In this document: positions 1 to 12,099 of the stretch, piece after piece | Position numbering within the stretch: the stretch's first letter is position 1 | Layout: every line of letters starts with the position of its first letter | NCBI GenBank assembly: GCA_036172245.1 | Contig: JAYWIR010000078.1 | Coordinates: 186,001 to 250,000, forward strand | Direction: 5' to 3' | DNA length: 64,000 nt | Origin: Raillietiella orientalis | Lineage: Eukaryota | The notes under the pieces: generated by a model | Database searches by the model: none | What the model was told of the DNA's origin: nothing | The model's input: the letters and a program-made list of their open reading frames with translations, nothing else | Translations under genes and position numbers: made by a program

Positions 1-755
1 GTATATCTGAACGGATGCTGCCTGTGGCACCTGGGGTCAGTCTGGTGCGCTATGGTCCGTTCCACCTGCAAGAGCTTCGAACGCACCGCAACGCGGTCAA
101 CAGCTCAAAAGTTGCAGCAGCCCCGGATGGAATCGTTCCCCTTGCGGCTGCAAAGCTTGCATCGGAGCTCGTGACGGAAAAGTCCCTCTCTAGAGATCGC
201 CACAGAGCAGCGAACATTCTTTGCTTCCTTTTCGGTGGTGCCTCCACCTTTTCTGGCTCTCATTTTCAGCGTCCTCCGAGGCATCGACCTCCCGCAGCGT
301 CTCAGCGTGCACACTGTTTTTGGAACTCAAGACCTACCATGACGTTTCGAGCGTTTCTGAATTTGCTTTCGCATATTAATTTAAAGATTCAGATATCAGT
401 TATTGAATTTTACACCCTCAGTCGTCAATTTCTTCCTTTTTTCTCATAGAACGCAAAAGAAAAATGAAACGGTACACCAGCGTTTTCTTTTCTTTTTTTC
501 TTTTTTTTGCAAAGAGGCATGTAGGATTTTTGATGTGCAGTTAAATTTCATTTCCTACCTTGAAATGATTGTGGCAACGGATCGACAAATCCATCTTCAT
601 CTTTATCTTCCGAGAAACCTGTTAATGATATGTCATCTTCTTCTGGAGATATTGGTTTCAACGCAGTATGCCCGAACGCTCCTTCAAAAAAAGATGACAA
701 ATGAAAACCAAAAAAAAAAAAAAAAAAATGACAATTATCTATGTATTAAATAGGT

Positions 756-775
756 GAGAGAGAGAGAGAGAGAGA
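756..775. repeat. (GA)n microsatellite
   Basis: Perfect GA dinucleotide run flanked by A tracts. Confidence 0.95.
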
Positions 776-927
776 AAAAAAAAAGAAGAGAAACTCCCTA
801 GCTGAAACCTACTTTGGATTGTGATTTCCGGAAGCAGGTGTTCCGTTTCAGTCAGTCGAAATTCAATGGTGTGCGCGAATCGAGATGGGCTGTGTTTCGG
901 ACGCGTATGTTCTCATGGGATTCTTAC

Positions 928-1089
928 CTGCGAGTTCATGCAGGGTGCGTGTAAGAGCTGAAGACGTGAATCCTTGCTCATCTCCAGTCTCATAAATCTT
1001 TCCGTCTGCCCGACCGAGTTCAGGCGAAGACAGCTGACCGGACAAATCTCCGTGTGCGGCGGACACAAGTCAACAGGTTGGATTGGACG
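928..1089 (-). CDS. Candidate internal exon of unknown protein (RPIQPVDLCPPHTEICPVSC...CMNSQ)
   Basis: Strong acceptor gtttgctttctcacag| and donor CAG|gtaaga, 162 nt, only the phase-0 frame is open. It is not phase-compatible with the 2681 donor, and I recognise no domain. Confidence 0.3.
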
Positions 1090-2680
1090 CTGTGAGAAAG
1101 CAAACAACGCGGTGATTCCGCTGTGTCGAGTAGTTCGCGGGAACACCTCCGAGCTGTCGGGGTGTGCTCCAGTTTCCGAGAGAACCGCATCCTGAATGTG
1201 GACCGCACAGTTATCTGTCGCACAGCGTTTCAGGTGCAACTGCACTGCATCAAGGGCATGGTAGGGATATTCAGTTTCGCTTTGAAGGTCCAGTCGGTGT
1301 TGCATCATTTTTTGCTCGTGAAAATACGACTGTTTTCTTTCTTTCTTTCTTTCTTTTTTTTTCAAAAAAAAGAAAAACAAAAAGAAAAACTCATTCTAAG
1401 GGCGCATTCTCTCAAGTTCATTTGCTCCTCGAAGAGCAGGGGAAATTCAGGTTATCAGAAGTGGATTTCAGAATGCCAGCAACGCATATGCAATTCTTTA
1501 CAGCAGTTTTGCTTTTTTTTTTTTTTGACCATCGCGTTTTCCTTTATTCTACTTTGCGAGTTATTTTTCAGATCGGAGCCTGGCTTGAATGGAGGGAAGT
1601 CTAGAGGCTCGCTTGTCGTGGAAGTTTAGCATATTCGAGATTAAGAGAAGTTTTTTTTTTTTTTTTTTCTGAATTGGTTTCGCGTCAATGTAGTCATCTG
1701 AAATGGTGTGTTAATCAAACGCATGATGAAAATTTGGGTGGGCATTGCCTGTAGGTTCCTGGGCGTTGGCAGCAAAAATACGCCCCATCCCTTAAAGGAG
1801 CACACCCTTTTTGACTTGAGAAGAAAGGTGCGGAGAATCCCCTATCTTCTGATAAACCGAGACGTCCGACAAATGGCTTGAACTCGTTCTATAAAATAAA
1901 TTCCTTGATTCTGATTCCACAGTTATGTAATCGATACACACTTTTCAGGTTATCATTCGGACGTACACTGATGCGTGTGATTACTTGGTAATTAAATTTT
2001 GCGGGCCGAAAAATTCAATTATATTCCGTGTGGCTTGATTTACAAACGTGGAAGTTTTTGTAAATTCCTTGTAAATTGATTTGCAAAATTTGGTGCTGCA
2101 CGCAATTTCCCAAGTGTATGCATTGAGTTTATTTGACCGATTGCGTTTAATCACCCCACGTTTCTGAAAGCTCGGTGCCTCTTTTATTCTATAATACCTC
2201 TAAAGGTGAGCAGCCGCGTGTGGTTCTTAATGCTCCGATTTAGGTTATTCGGTGTTGCTCTACGAGTTGACGGAGAAACGCAAAAAGGTTGTAATCAGCA
2301 CGTCAGTTTCCCTTGGATTCCCACACGGGATCTTTGGGGAGTGTTGTTTATGGGTGTCCGCTTGTGATCACGGCATCACAATTCTAGCAGCCTATTAATG
2401 AGAGGAAGCAGATGCAACCTGTGTTTTCGAAAAGAAGCACTGTGGGCACCGTTGAGACTCTTGGACCCTTCAGTGCGTAGTGATCAAGTAAACAAAAGGG
2501 AACCTGTTTCCGTTTCTGGCGAACTGGGAAGATATTACGAGCTCAACTGCGAGGTCGTTACACACAGTGACCTCATACTCTCGTAAAGAAGCGGTGATTG
2601 GAATAGTAAGACTGTCGCTAGAATCTCAACTGCGTTATTCTACTGAGTACCCGTGCTTAAAGACAGATGAAACAGTCTAC

Positions 2681-3116
2681 CTGTTGAGCTGTCGAACTGG
2701 TTGGAGAGTCTGGGCGGCGATACTCCCGGGAAGGAGGAATGTTTCCGATCCGGGAATGAATTTTGCTGCGTGGCCGCCGGTTGAACAGGTGTGGGGGCTT
2801 TTGGTATCAAATCCGATTCCGCAGTAAATCCCGTTCCATTTCCTGCTCCGTATTTAACCGTTTTCAGCTCCCCCTTTTCGTCCAGGTATCCGTAGATCCC
2901 GTTGACGTTTCCCAACGTGTCCCTCGTTTCTATGCGGAATGTGCCATCTTCGTTCTCGTAACCAATCTTGTAAGATCCGTCAGGAAAGATGTCGTTGACC
3001 TGCTTCAGAATCCCAACAACTTTCTTCGGCTTCTGCTGACTTTTGCTGTTCGAATCATCGCTCGACTGTTGAAATTGTCCGTAAACACAGTAGATAAATA
3101 CACTGAGGTTCACAAC
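2681..3116 (-). CDS. Cuticular protein with R&R chitin-binding domain, coding exon 2
   Basis: Acceptor ttttctttctccttag|GTT. Encodes ILKQVNDIFPDGSYKIGYENEDGTFRIETRDTLGNVNGIYGYLDEKGELKTVKYGAGNGTGF, which fits the R&R consensus G-x8-G-x6-Y-x-A...GF (domain about 2826-2981), followed by a P/Q/S-rich linker. Probable donor CAG|gtagac at 2681 (phase 1); otherwise the frame runs to TAG at 2640. Confidence 0.9.
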
Positions 3117-3540
3117 CTAAGGAGAAAGAAAATACACTGATGCTGCCGATCCGATAATCGCAGCGTGTATTGCGTGATTATTCCAAAAGGCCATCTGCGT
3201 ATGGTACGGAATAAGGGCAGTATACGTTGCGAGAAATCGCTTCGAAAGACCGTGTGCGAAACGCATAGCAGCAATTTCGTTCCACATCGGAACAGTGAAG
3301 CTAATTCGAAATCTTTTTTTTTTTCCTTCCCCTCTTCCTCTTTCCTCCTCAGACCCCTTCCCCCGAAGAACAACAAGCGCACGGGTGAAATTGGATTTCA
3401 AGCATCTGTTACGGAATTCCGGGTCTCGTAATCGAGGAACGGTGAGAGCTTTCCCATTTTCTTTCACATGCGAGATGTGGAGGTGGCCTATGCTGCAGCC
3501 TTCCGTTAAAACGCAAGCAGACAACAGCAACAAAAAAAAA

Positions 3541-3560
3541 GGGGGGGGGGGGGGGGGGGG
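3541..3560. repeat. G20 homopolymer in intron 1 of the cuticular protein gene
   Basis: 20 consecutive G preceded by an A run. Confidence 0.95.
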
Positions 3561-3785
3561 AAAGGAACATTTTGGGAGAAGGAACGGGAGATCGCCACGT
3601 GTTCGATTCCGACGAGGATCAAAAATTAAGTAAACAAATAAATAAAAGATGCCGAAAACAAACGGACGTACGGAAACACAGCGCGCGCGCGGTTAACGAA
3701 ACTTCCGAGAGTCGGCAATCCCTTGCCACCGCGCCGTGCACTGCGTCCACCACATTCGTGCCACCGCATGACGGTCAGGACTTAC

Positions 3786-3800
3786 CAACAATCGCCTCAT
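3786..3800 (-). CDS. Cuticular protein (Rebers-Riddiford / Chitin_bind_4), coding exon 1 (MRRLL)
   Basis: Minus strand reads agaATGAGGCGATTGTTG|gtaagt, a consensus donor in phase 0. It joins the phase-0 acceptor at 3116 to give MRRLLVVNLSVFIYCVYG-QFQQ, a plausible signal peptide. A tiny first coding exon is typical of cuticular protein genes. Confidence 0.8.
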
Positions 3801-6800
3801 TCTACTTGGTCACTAAACGCAAACTAACTGCTGCTGGTCAGCTAAGCCCGGCCATGATAACAATAAGTCTGTTACGCCCGAGGAAGCAGCGGCACAGAAG
3901 GTTATTTGGCAGAACAGCTAATCGAAATGATGTTCCCTTGAGAGAAATACATATTTCCCATGTTCAAGGAAACGGAGCGATGGGAACCGAACTCCTGCTG
4001 CTGCTGCTGCCTGGAGAAAAAAAAAAGAAAAAAAGAAAAAAAACGGGGAGAACCGGCGATGAAAGCAAAGACGGTGTCCATAAGAATGAGAGGGAAGAGG
4101 AAAAAAATACATGGAAAGCGTCGAATGAAATGAAAATACCGGGAGCGAGTGCTCCTACCAACGTAAAAGAATATCAGGCGATTTTTGAGCCAGAGATAAT
4201 TAAGGCAAAGCAGGAAACAGCAGGAACGGAACGGAAAGAGGAAGAGAGTGAGGGGGAGGGAGGGAGGGAGGGGAGAGAAAAAAAAACATACGCCGACTAT
4301 TTTTCGAATCTAGCACGAGTTGTTTTCATTTATTGTGGAGGAAATCCGAAGCTGGATCTTTTCATCTTTCCCACCGCCTTGATAACCGTGGAAGAGGGCA
4401 CAGGAATGATGCGACGACGAGGAGGAAAGCTCCTCCGTGCTCGCGAAACGGAATGTTCCGTAAACGAAATCTCGTGGAAGTCGTATCTGGAGCAAAGAGA
4501 GCTGTAGCTATTCCGAGCCCTTCAAAATACGAGGCACACAAAGTGTTCGACCGTGCGCTGGAACACCGCTTCGGATTCACCTTTAGCCACACTGGACCAC
4601 ACCAACTACGCATGGCGGCATTTGCGGGGTGCGCGCGCGTACGCTTTGAATAAGTGACCCCTCTACCCTTCCCCCCTCCTTCCGACCCTGAGCAAATGAA
4701 CAGTTTCTCTGAGAATTTTTTTTTCCTCCAACCAAGATTTGCATATCAACTTATTGTCACTCCGAAATGGAAAAGAGTTGGTTCTCCGAAAGACATCCTT
4801 TTCTTGTTTCTCTTGCGCATTCTTCCTGTGATGCGGATCGGCTCCCCGTTTCGGGAGATCAGTCCGATGGATCCGTTTGCTGACAGCTGGACCTGATTCA
4901 TCTCGGTGAAAAGATATGCATATGCGGCACGGCTTACGCCTGAGGAATGTTCCGCAGAAACCGATCAGGCAAGCAAGCAGGAGGATTCATGATTTTCGTA
5001 CGACTTTTCGAGGTGCGTCGGGAAAAACCGAGGCGACGGCAGAGGAAACTCACGAAAATTCATTGATTTATTTGCGGTCTCGCTCACGTTCTAATTCTCC
5101 GTTTTTCCTATTTCGACGGATCAGAGGATAACGGAGGAAAGAAAGCCAAATTTCATCCTGCATGGCTAGCAACACTCAGCGGGATCCTGGGAAAGATTCG
5201 GGGAATCGAAGGAGTCAGATTTTGGATTTACGAAGTTTTCGTAAGTTTCCTCAGTACCAAAGAAACAGGTCAAGGACCATTCAGTGCCAGGAAAGGGCTA
5301 CCTTCCTTATCTTTGATACGTTGTCATCGAAATGATAGAACATATTCGTGTTGATAGCAGGGATCACCAAAAATGGTTGTATCCTACTGAATATCGAAGA
5401 GTTTATTATCCTCATTCAGTTCCATTGAATCGCGTTCCTGTTGTATGCAGCCTTCTCCCTTCCAGCTGCCACTTCGTATACTTGATTTCGCTTTCTTGCT
5501 TTTGCATTTCTGTACCAACCGTGCCCACAAATGAGACAGAGGCTAAAAGCACAAAGCAACTGATGGAAATAGGGGTTCGTTCATGAAGATGTGTTTACAA
5601 GCAGGTGTGTTCAGCAAGCGGTAGGTCCATCCGGGTAGCTTTCCCTGAATGCCGCAGTACTTCTGTGGATCGAAATCTGCTTCGCATTGCGTGGAACAAG
5701 GCCTTCGTGCCGTCACTTTCCCTTATTTTCCCTTGAATTTTCAAAGGATACATCTCGGTGAAGGTGTTGATGCGCGCATGGCGACGCAAGCGTGCAGGAA
5801 GAAGTAGGATACGGTCGCCGTTTCTTACTGAATTGTGTTTCCTGTGGGAAATGCCATGTAAGCCGTGGACGACTTGGGCCGTCATTTGCCTCGAGGTTCC
5901 TTCCTTTCAAGAGGATCAGTTAGCAGTTTCCTTGTGCTCGTGTTGAACAGAGCAGTTCTTTTCAGCCTTACGTTCCAATGTTTCTTCTGTCGTTTCTTCA
6001 CTGCTGGAGAAAATGAGGCACCCATTAAAGTTGCCTCGTGAGTTGGCATCCTGCAACCCTGTTGCATCCTCACCTTTCAGAAATTAGTAATCCTTATCAA
6101 ACCGACGCAAAACTCTCTTCTGCTCCATATGCAAGCGGCAACGAAGCAAAAGTGTACAACAAGCAGAGACAGAGGTGGCCTACTCTTGAACTCGGTAGTG
6201 AGCTAAACAGCTCAAAGATACTTTGGAGGGGAAGACAGCAAGAATTCGTCTGAGGAAGGATGCATGGTTTGACGTCAAGCGGTTGTATCAGACACTAGCG
6301 AAAAACCCACCAGCAGGCATTAAGGAAGTTGAATAAGGAAGTTCTGTAAGCAGCAGTCCTAATAGATGGATGGAAAAAAGCAAAAAAAAAAAAAAAAAAA
6401 ACATTGCGAATCGAAACTTCCATAGGAAAAAGTGAACGGGAAAAAGGAATCCAATATTTGTCCAAGAAACGTGCTTAGGCACATACTACCGACTGGCATC
6501 TGAAGGAGGTATCTTCAAAGGGAAAGAGCAGAAATCAACACAAGGCTTCCCTTGCTGTATGCATCTCTTGGTAACGGCACCGCAATACATGGCTGAAGAG
6601 AAAATTTGTAATTTCCTTTTTCTTAATCTTTTTTTCCTCTGCGTGCAGTGGACAGCTGGTTTCGTTCGTGATGCCCCCTCCCTCCCTCGTCCCTTCCCCC
6701 CTATTTTGCAATTTTCACGCGAAAGTGCCTTCGAGATTCCTATCCGCATCCTCATGGAGTCTCAAGTGCTCAGTTTCATATTTTTCAAATCAATAAGCGG

Positions 6801-7379
6801 AGTTCTTTCAGAAAGAAAGGAAGGGAACGAAGTTCCCTTTGGCAGTCTTGCGACATCTGGAAGTGTGGGACGTTTTCAAGCGTTCCCGTATTTTAAAGGA
6901 GCAGGGGAACGACACCTACGCACTACTCTGGACCCAACCCCTTCACTTTTCAAGGTGCCTCTGTTTTTGATCAAGAAGCTGTGCGAGTGGATCGGCGGGA
7001 TCTTGACTAATTCAATTCAAAAAAAAAAAAAAAGAAAAAAGAAAATAAAATAAAAATCGGCTTCATGTTTTCGATATTGGTCTCGTGTTGAGCAGCAAAC
7101 CTAACATCTGTTGTCAGAGTGCTTCTGCAAAATTTCAGGATCACTTGGCCAGCCGAGAATCTTCTCACATTTTTTTTTTCCTTTTCCTTCCTGCTTCAAC
7201 GGATAGTCTTCGAACCCCAGCAGTTTGAATCAACAACGGGTGGCTGCGTTGCTAAAAGCTGTCCAATTCGGAGGGTCTCCGTGCCTCTCGAACTATTTGT
7301 GATCGTCTTGCTCCGTCCCTTGGGAATGCTGAAATGAATTGTTACTGGGAATATCCTACCTGTGAACCTTCCTTCCAGC

Positions 7380-8690
7380 TTTTTTTTGTTTTTCGGTTTT
7401 TGGTTCGCTAAGTACCAAGGAACCGCCCGCTTGGAGGCTCACGAAGCTCTTTCACACTGTTCCAAGCCACTCGAGGGTGCGTGTCAACTCTTCAAGTTGT
7501 AGGGGCACCCTGGGAGGGGACCGCTTTATGAATGAAGGAAGGCTCCGGAGGAAAAGAGTCTGTTCCTCTTACGCTTGGGAGGGAACCTCCCGAAGGGATA
7601 TCCTCTTCCCTGTTCTCTCCGGAGGGACTCCCCGGGAGGAAGGAGGCCATTCCACATTTCTTCTCCGGAGGGAACCGGCAATGGAACCGCTCCCTGTTTC
7701 CTCCTCTGAGGAGAGCTCCGACGGGACTCTTGCGAATTTCTATCTGAAGGGTCCACTCCCGGAAGGGAGCAACGCGCTTCTTCACACTCTGGAGAGGTAT
7801 CGGTCCACCAGCTCCATGGTACGCGATGGAGGGTCCTTCCCCGAGAAGGGGGATCACCTCCATTTACACACCCGGAGGGAACTCCGAAAGGACTCCTTGA
7901 TTCCTGGAAGGAACCCCGGAGGGCCAGCTTCCAATCCCGGCCAGTCAACGGAAGAGACCGGGGGTTTCTGACTTCCACCAGTGCCGCACCTCCTAGTGAG
8001 CTGTGTTGTCTTTCGACCCCTTCGGGGATGCTTTGCCGAGACCCTTGGAACCCCTGGTGGCAACGACAGAGCCGTTTGAAAGCGTCTCTTCCTGAGCGAC
8101 GCCCTCAAGCCGGCCTCATCCCTAGCAGCACTCTGTTGCCTACGCGGCGGGAGCGTGGCTGCATGGAGCAACGCCAGAGGCCAGAACGACAGGGACACCA
8201 TCTCTTCTGCTGCCCTCTTCATGAGGACAGCGTCAAGATGGTCCCATCTAGGAGCTTAGAAACAGAAACTTGAGGGCATCCTTACAAGGATGCATAGGAC
8301 ATCCTCCAGCACCTCGTGATTCCTTCCCGAACCTCCCCATTTTTCCGAGTGTGTTTTTTGTTTTATTTTTTTATTTTTGTTTGTTTCCCCTTTCTCTGTG
8401 CTGCCGAGGCGAACCCTGCTGGTCTGCCTGCAGTTCCCGGCAAGTTCCTTCTCGACCGTCCGGCCACAGACATGTATGTTTATTTTTTTATAAATAAACG
8501 TCCCGGCGTGACTAGGTGTCAGCCAGTGCCACACGCAAAGCCTGTAGGCCAAGCAGCCTCATCTTGCTAGGAAGGAGGGGAATTCGACACCCATGGCGCA
8601 CTCATTTCTCGGCGTCGATCCTTCCTCGGGAGGGATTCGAACCCTCAACGCCTGGTGCCACGTGCGCAGACCGTAGCCGCACGGCCTCCA
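7380..8690 (-). mobile_element. tRNA-headed SINE-like element, copy A (filled with LINE 3' fragment at about 7985-8498)
   Basis: Minus-strand head GGCCGTGCGGCTACGG...GAGGGTTCGAATCCCT with a Pol III B box at 8633-8643. Body and A-rich tail (T-rich on + at about 7380-7402) are shared with copies near 10925, 22690, 35426 and 50800. Confidence 0.75.
7985..8498 (+). mobile_element. 5'-truncated 3' end of an L1/Tx1-like LINE inside SINE copy A
   Basis: Translates HLLVSCVVFRPL...FAETLG and AALFMRTASRWSHLG, homologous to HLLVNCVALRPIWERFNATLG and FAVRFIKMATRWPHLE at 16400-16680. Followed by a T-rich UTR and AATAAA. Confidence 0.75.
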
Positions 8691-9149
8691 CCTGCGAACT
8701 TGCCGACAGGAGTGAGTCTTGAGCGCAAGAAGCAATCAACAGCTGGAAGAATGATCCGGCAGGACGTTCTCAAGCGATACGATCCATAAATGTGTGCTTC
8801 TGGATACCCGCGAGGTTCTACTGAACACCAGCACGTGCAGTGCAGCCGTGCAAAGGGAGCAAACTGTCTTGCGTGCGTGTTTCGGAGGAAATACCCGAAT
8901 CTGACAAAGTCCTTCCTCCCCCCCTCCGCTTCCCCCTATTCGAAATCACCTAGTATTTTACTGGCAGACTAAATAGGACGCCTAAGCAATATAATACATT
9001 CGCCCTTTTTATCGTGCACGGAGATAGTAATGGGGCGCATTAGAGAGAAACGAGTGGTGGGGAACCGGTCAGCGCTGGCGCTGTTTCCCTGTGCCCACTC
9101 TGCGTGAGTTTGGCAAGAGCCCGTGCCTGTACTCATCGGAAACGAGCAG

Positions 9150-9950
9150 TTTTCCTTTCTTTCTTTCCATCAGGAGTTCTCGCTAGCACCGGCTGCTCCG
9201 ATGCCCAAACTAGGAAGGCTCCACTTTTTCTTCGGTGGTCACGGCACTTTCTCTTGAATTTCGACTGCCGAATTTCAGTGTGTCAAAAGCTTTAATGTGC
9301 TCAGAAGCTGTGCAAGCTGCTGTTGCAACAGCAATCATATCAGTGACAGTGATTGCGTAACTCAACGCAATGGCACGGATGAGCGAACCTACCATGGTGA
9401 AAGATTGTTCCTAGCCCGTGTTTAACGCAGCAGCTGGATGCTGTCGATATTTGTAGTCACAAACGCTGATGCTGGACACCAATATTCAGTTCAATTATCC
9501 GATGTTTGAACTCAAGTTCAGTAAAACCAGTTTCTTAAGGAAGACTTCTACTTCCTTGATACAAGCTGGATAGTTTGCTCCGGCAGCATCTGGGCATGAA
9601 TAACCACCCTCTAGTGACCACACCTTTTCCCCAGAGTTCCTTATAGAAATGCTTTGAAAAACCATTCTCGAATGATTGGGTAGAGCGGATGGTGAGTCGT
9701 CTCATGCAACCGTCCGTGTGGCACGAAGCGGTTGCTGCTCCTCAGATGAAACCATCCGAGCTGTCGGTCTGGTGGTCTGGACTCCATGTGGCCACTTTCG
9801 TATTAATCAGAGATTTGGAGCGTTTCAGCCCTTTTGATTCGTAGCACCTGGACTTTTCCTCAGTGAATCGCGAAAACTTGCACAAATCTCGAAACATCTC
9901 GTCTCGCTCCACTATTCACGCTGGGCAGATCCTGCATTGGGGGGCTGGTG
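9150..9950 (-). mobile_element. Highly decayed non-LTR reverse transcriptase relic
   Basis: HIKAFDTL resembles the RT KAFD motif, and upstream LWGKGVVT resembles W..a.v.p. Many stops and frameshifts. Confidence 0.35.
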
Positions 9951-10924
9951 CCCGCGTGTGGAAAAGCAGATCCTATTAAAAAGAGCTGATTCTCAAAATT
10001 TCTGCTGATGATTTTTTTCCCCCCCTTCCTTTCTTTTTTCCCCTTTTTTCAAGATATCAGCGTCCTATTTTGTTTTCCGAGGATGCGAAGCGAGCACTTG
10101 ACTGTATAATGTGGGGGCTTGGATGTGACGCGACAGCCGCGGAGGACGTTCCCACGCAACCGCTCCCCTCAGAAATCCTCAAGCGATTTGCGTTTCTGAA
10201 GCCATCTTCGTATCAAGTTCCCCTTTTACTGAGTTGCAAGGCTCGTGGCTCCAGACTGAACCCATTTAGCGCAACGGTTGGTGCTTCTTGTTCTTGGGTG
10301 TTTGGCTTCCTCTCTTGGAATGGTAGGTAGTCGGAGTTCTGTTCTTTGCTTCTCCAGTTCAAGAAGTCTTGTCTAGTCTCAGGGAGGAAGCGTCCTTTTC
10401 CTTTTCTTCTGCAGTGAAAATTTGCAGAGACAAATTCTTTTTCTAGAACGAAGAGGTAGAGGAGGAGACATTGATCTCTCTGGGTTCAAGAGTACTTCAT
10501 TCCAAGGACCTCCAATTTCAACACTCAGGGGTCATCTGCGATTGCTTACTCATGGATGTGCTTAATATCAAATGATGGAGTGGAGGGTACAAGCAACAAC
10601 CAAAGGATCCCTCGCCTCTTTCACTGAGTCTTCTCCCCATTTCATCCCCTACTCGAGGCTGTGGTTAGGAATCAGAAGGATTCCTAAGGACTTCGTAGCG
10701 TCTATCGATACTACAAGCAACGAAAGAAACAGAAGGAAGCGAAGGAAGCAACAAGAAAAAGTGGGTGTCAGTCGTTCCATCTACTTTGCTCCTATTCGTG
10801 CCTGGAAGTGTCCCCTGATCTCATTTTCAATTGATGGGCAGTGAAGAGGGATTCTATTGTTTCCCTGCGTCTAGCTCACCTTCAGTCATCAACTCCGCTA
10901 GCACAGCCCATGGGCCATTTTAAG

Positions 10925-11670
10925 TCACTAAGTACTCAGCAACTGTCTCGCCTGGAAGCTCACGAAGCTCTTTCACACTGTTCCAAGCCACTCGAGGGTG
11001 CGTGTCAACTCTTCAAGTTGTAGGGGCACCCTGGGAGGGGACCGCTTTATGAATGAAGGAAGGCTCCGGAGGAAAAGAGTCTGTTCCTCTTACGCTTGGG
11101 AGGGAACCTCCCGAAGGGATATCCTCTTCCCTGTTCTCTCCGGAGGGACTCCCCGGGAGGAAGGAGGCCATTCCACATTTCTTCTCCGGAGGGAACCGGC
11201 AATGGAACCGTTCCCTGTTTCCTCCTCTGAGGAGAGCTCCGACGGGACTCTTGCGAATTTCTATCTGAAGGGTCCACTCCCGGAAGGGAGCAACGCGCTT
11301 CTTCACACTCTGGAGAGGTATCGGTCCACCAGCTCCATGGTACGCGATGGAGGGTCCTTCCCCGAGAAGGGGGATCACCTCCATTTACACACCCGGAGGG
11401 AACTCCGAAAGGACTCCTTGATTCCTGGAAGGAACCCCGGAGGGCCAGCTTCCAATCCCGGCCAGTCAACGGAGGAAACCGGGGCTTTCGACTTCCCCCG
11501 GTGCCGCACCCGAAGTCAGTAGGCCAAGCATTTGCCGGGAAGGAGAGGGGGGGGGGGGAATCGACACCCAAGGGGCACTCATTTCTTAGAGTCGATCCTT
11601 CCCCAGTTGGGATTCGAAACTTCAACGACTGGCGCCACAAGCGAAGACCGTGGCCACGGTCGCCAACGCG
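10925..11670 (-). mobile_element. tRNA-headed SINE-like element, copy B (empty)
   Basis: Body near-identical to copy A. Head has a B-box variant (gtttcgaatccc on -). The body joins the head region directly with no LINE insert. Confidence 0.75.
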
Positions 11671-12099
11671 AGCGTGTGGCTAGTATTCTCACCACACGCA
11701 CTCTCATTCTCCGTCACAACTTCTGTCCATTATAACAAGCCCTGATGAGAAGGAGCTCAAGTGAGTCCATTCCATCACCATCGAAAGCAATCTTCAAAAA
11801 AAGGAAACCCCGCCTTGACTACTCCATCTATCTCATTTCGCATTTTCGCAACCCTCCGTAGCCTCCGTAGCCGTGCGGTTGCCTTCCTCCGTGATGAGGT
11901 ATGTGACGAAGGTGTCCTCACCTGCACGAAGGGACGAAGAAGAAAGCCGCCTGCATCGCAGCTCGGCCAACCGGTGTCCCACCTCCCATTTCCCTTGCTT
12001 ATTTTTTTTCTCTCCTGTCTGTGTGCTCACGCCATCGTCTCGGTCTTCTGCTACATCCCACCTGTGGCTGCCTGAACGCTTCTTCGTGAAATGTGCGCG

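Noticed and set aside
3572..4507. 311-aa plus-strand ORF
   Set aside because: Low-complexity, A/G homopolymer-driven and antisense across exon 1 of the cuticular gene. No domain.
5330..6350. Possible CR1-like RT relic on the minus strand (LHGISHRKH, KIQGKIR)
   Set aside because: Motifs are too eroded to support a feature call.
7477..7971. 164-174 aa ORFs repeated at 7477 and 10998 (and 212 aa at 22824) as a duplicated protein family
   Set aside because: They lie in the SINE body. Their identity reflects the DNA-level near-identical tract, frames are not preserved in copies C, D and E, and there is no domain.
8600..8690. Functional tRNA genes at the B-box-containing heads
   Set aside because: I cannot fold a consistent cloverleaf or anticodon, the copies have indels, and each is attached to the same repeat body. 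They are tRNA-derived heads, not tRNA genes.
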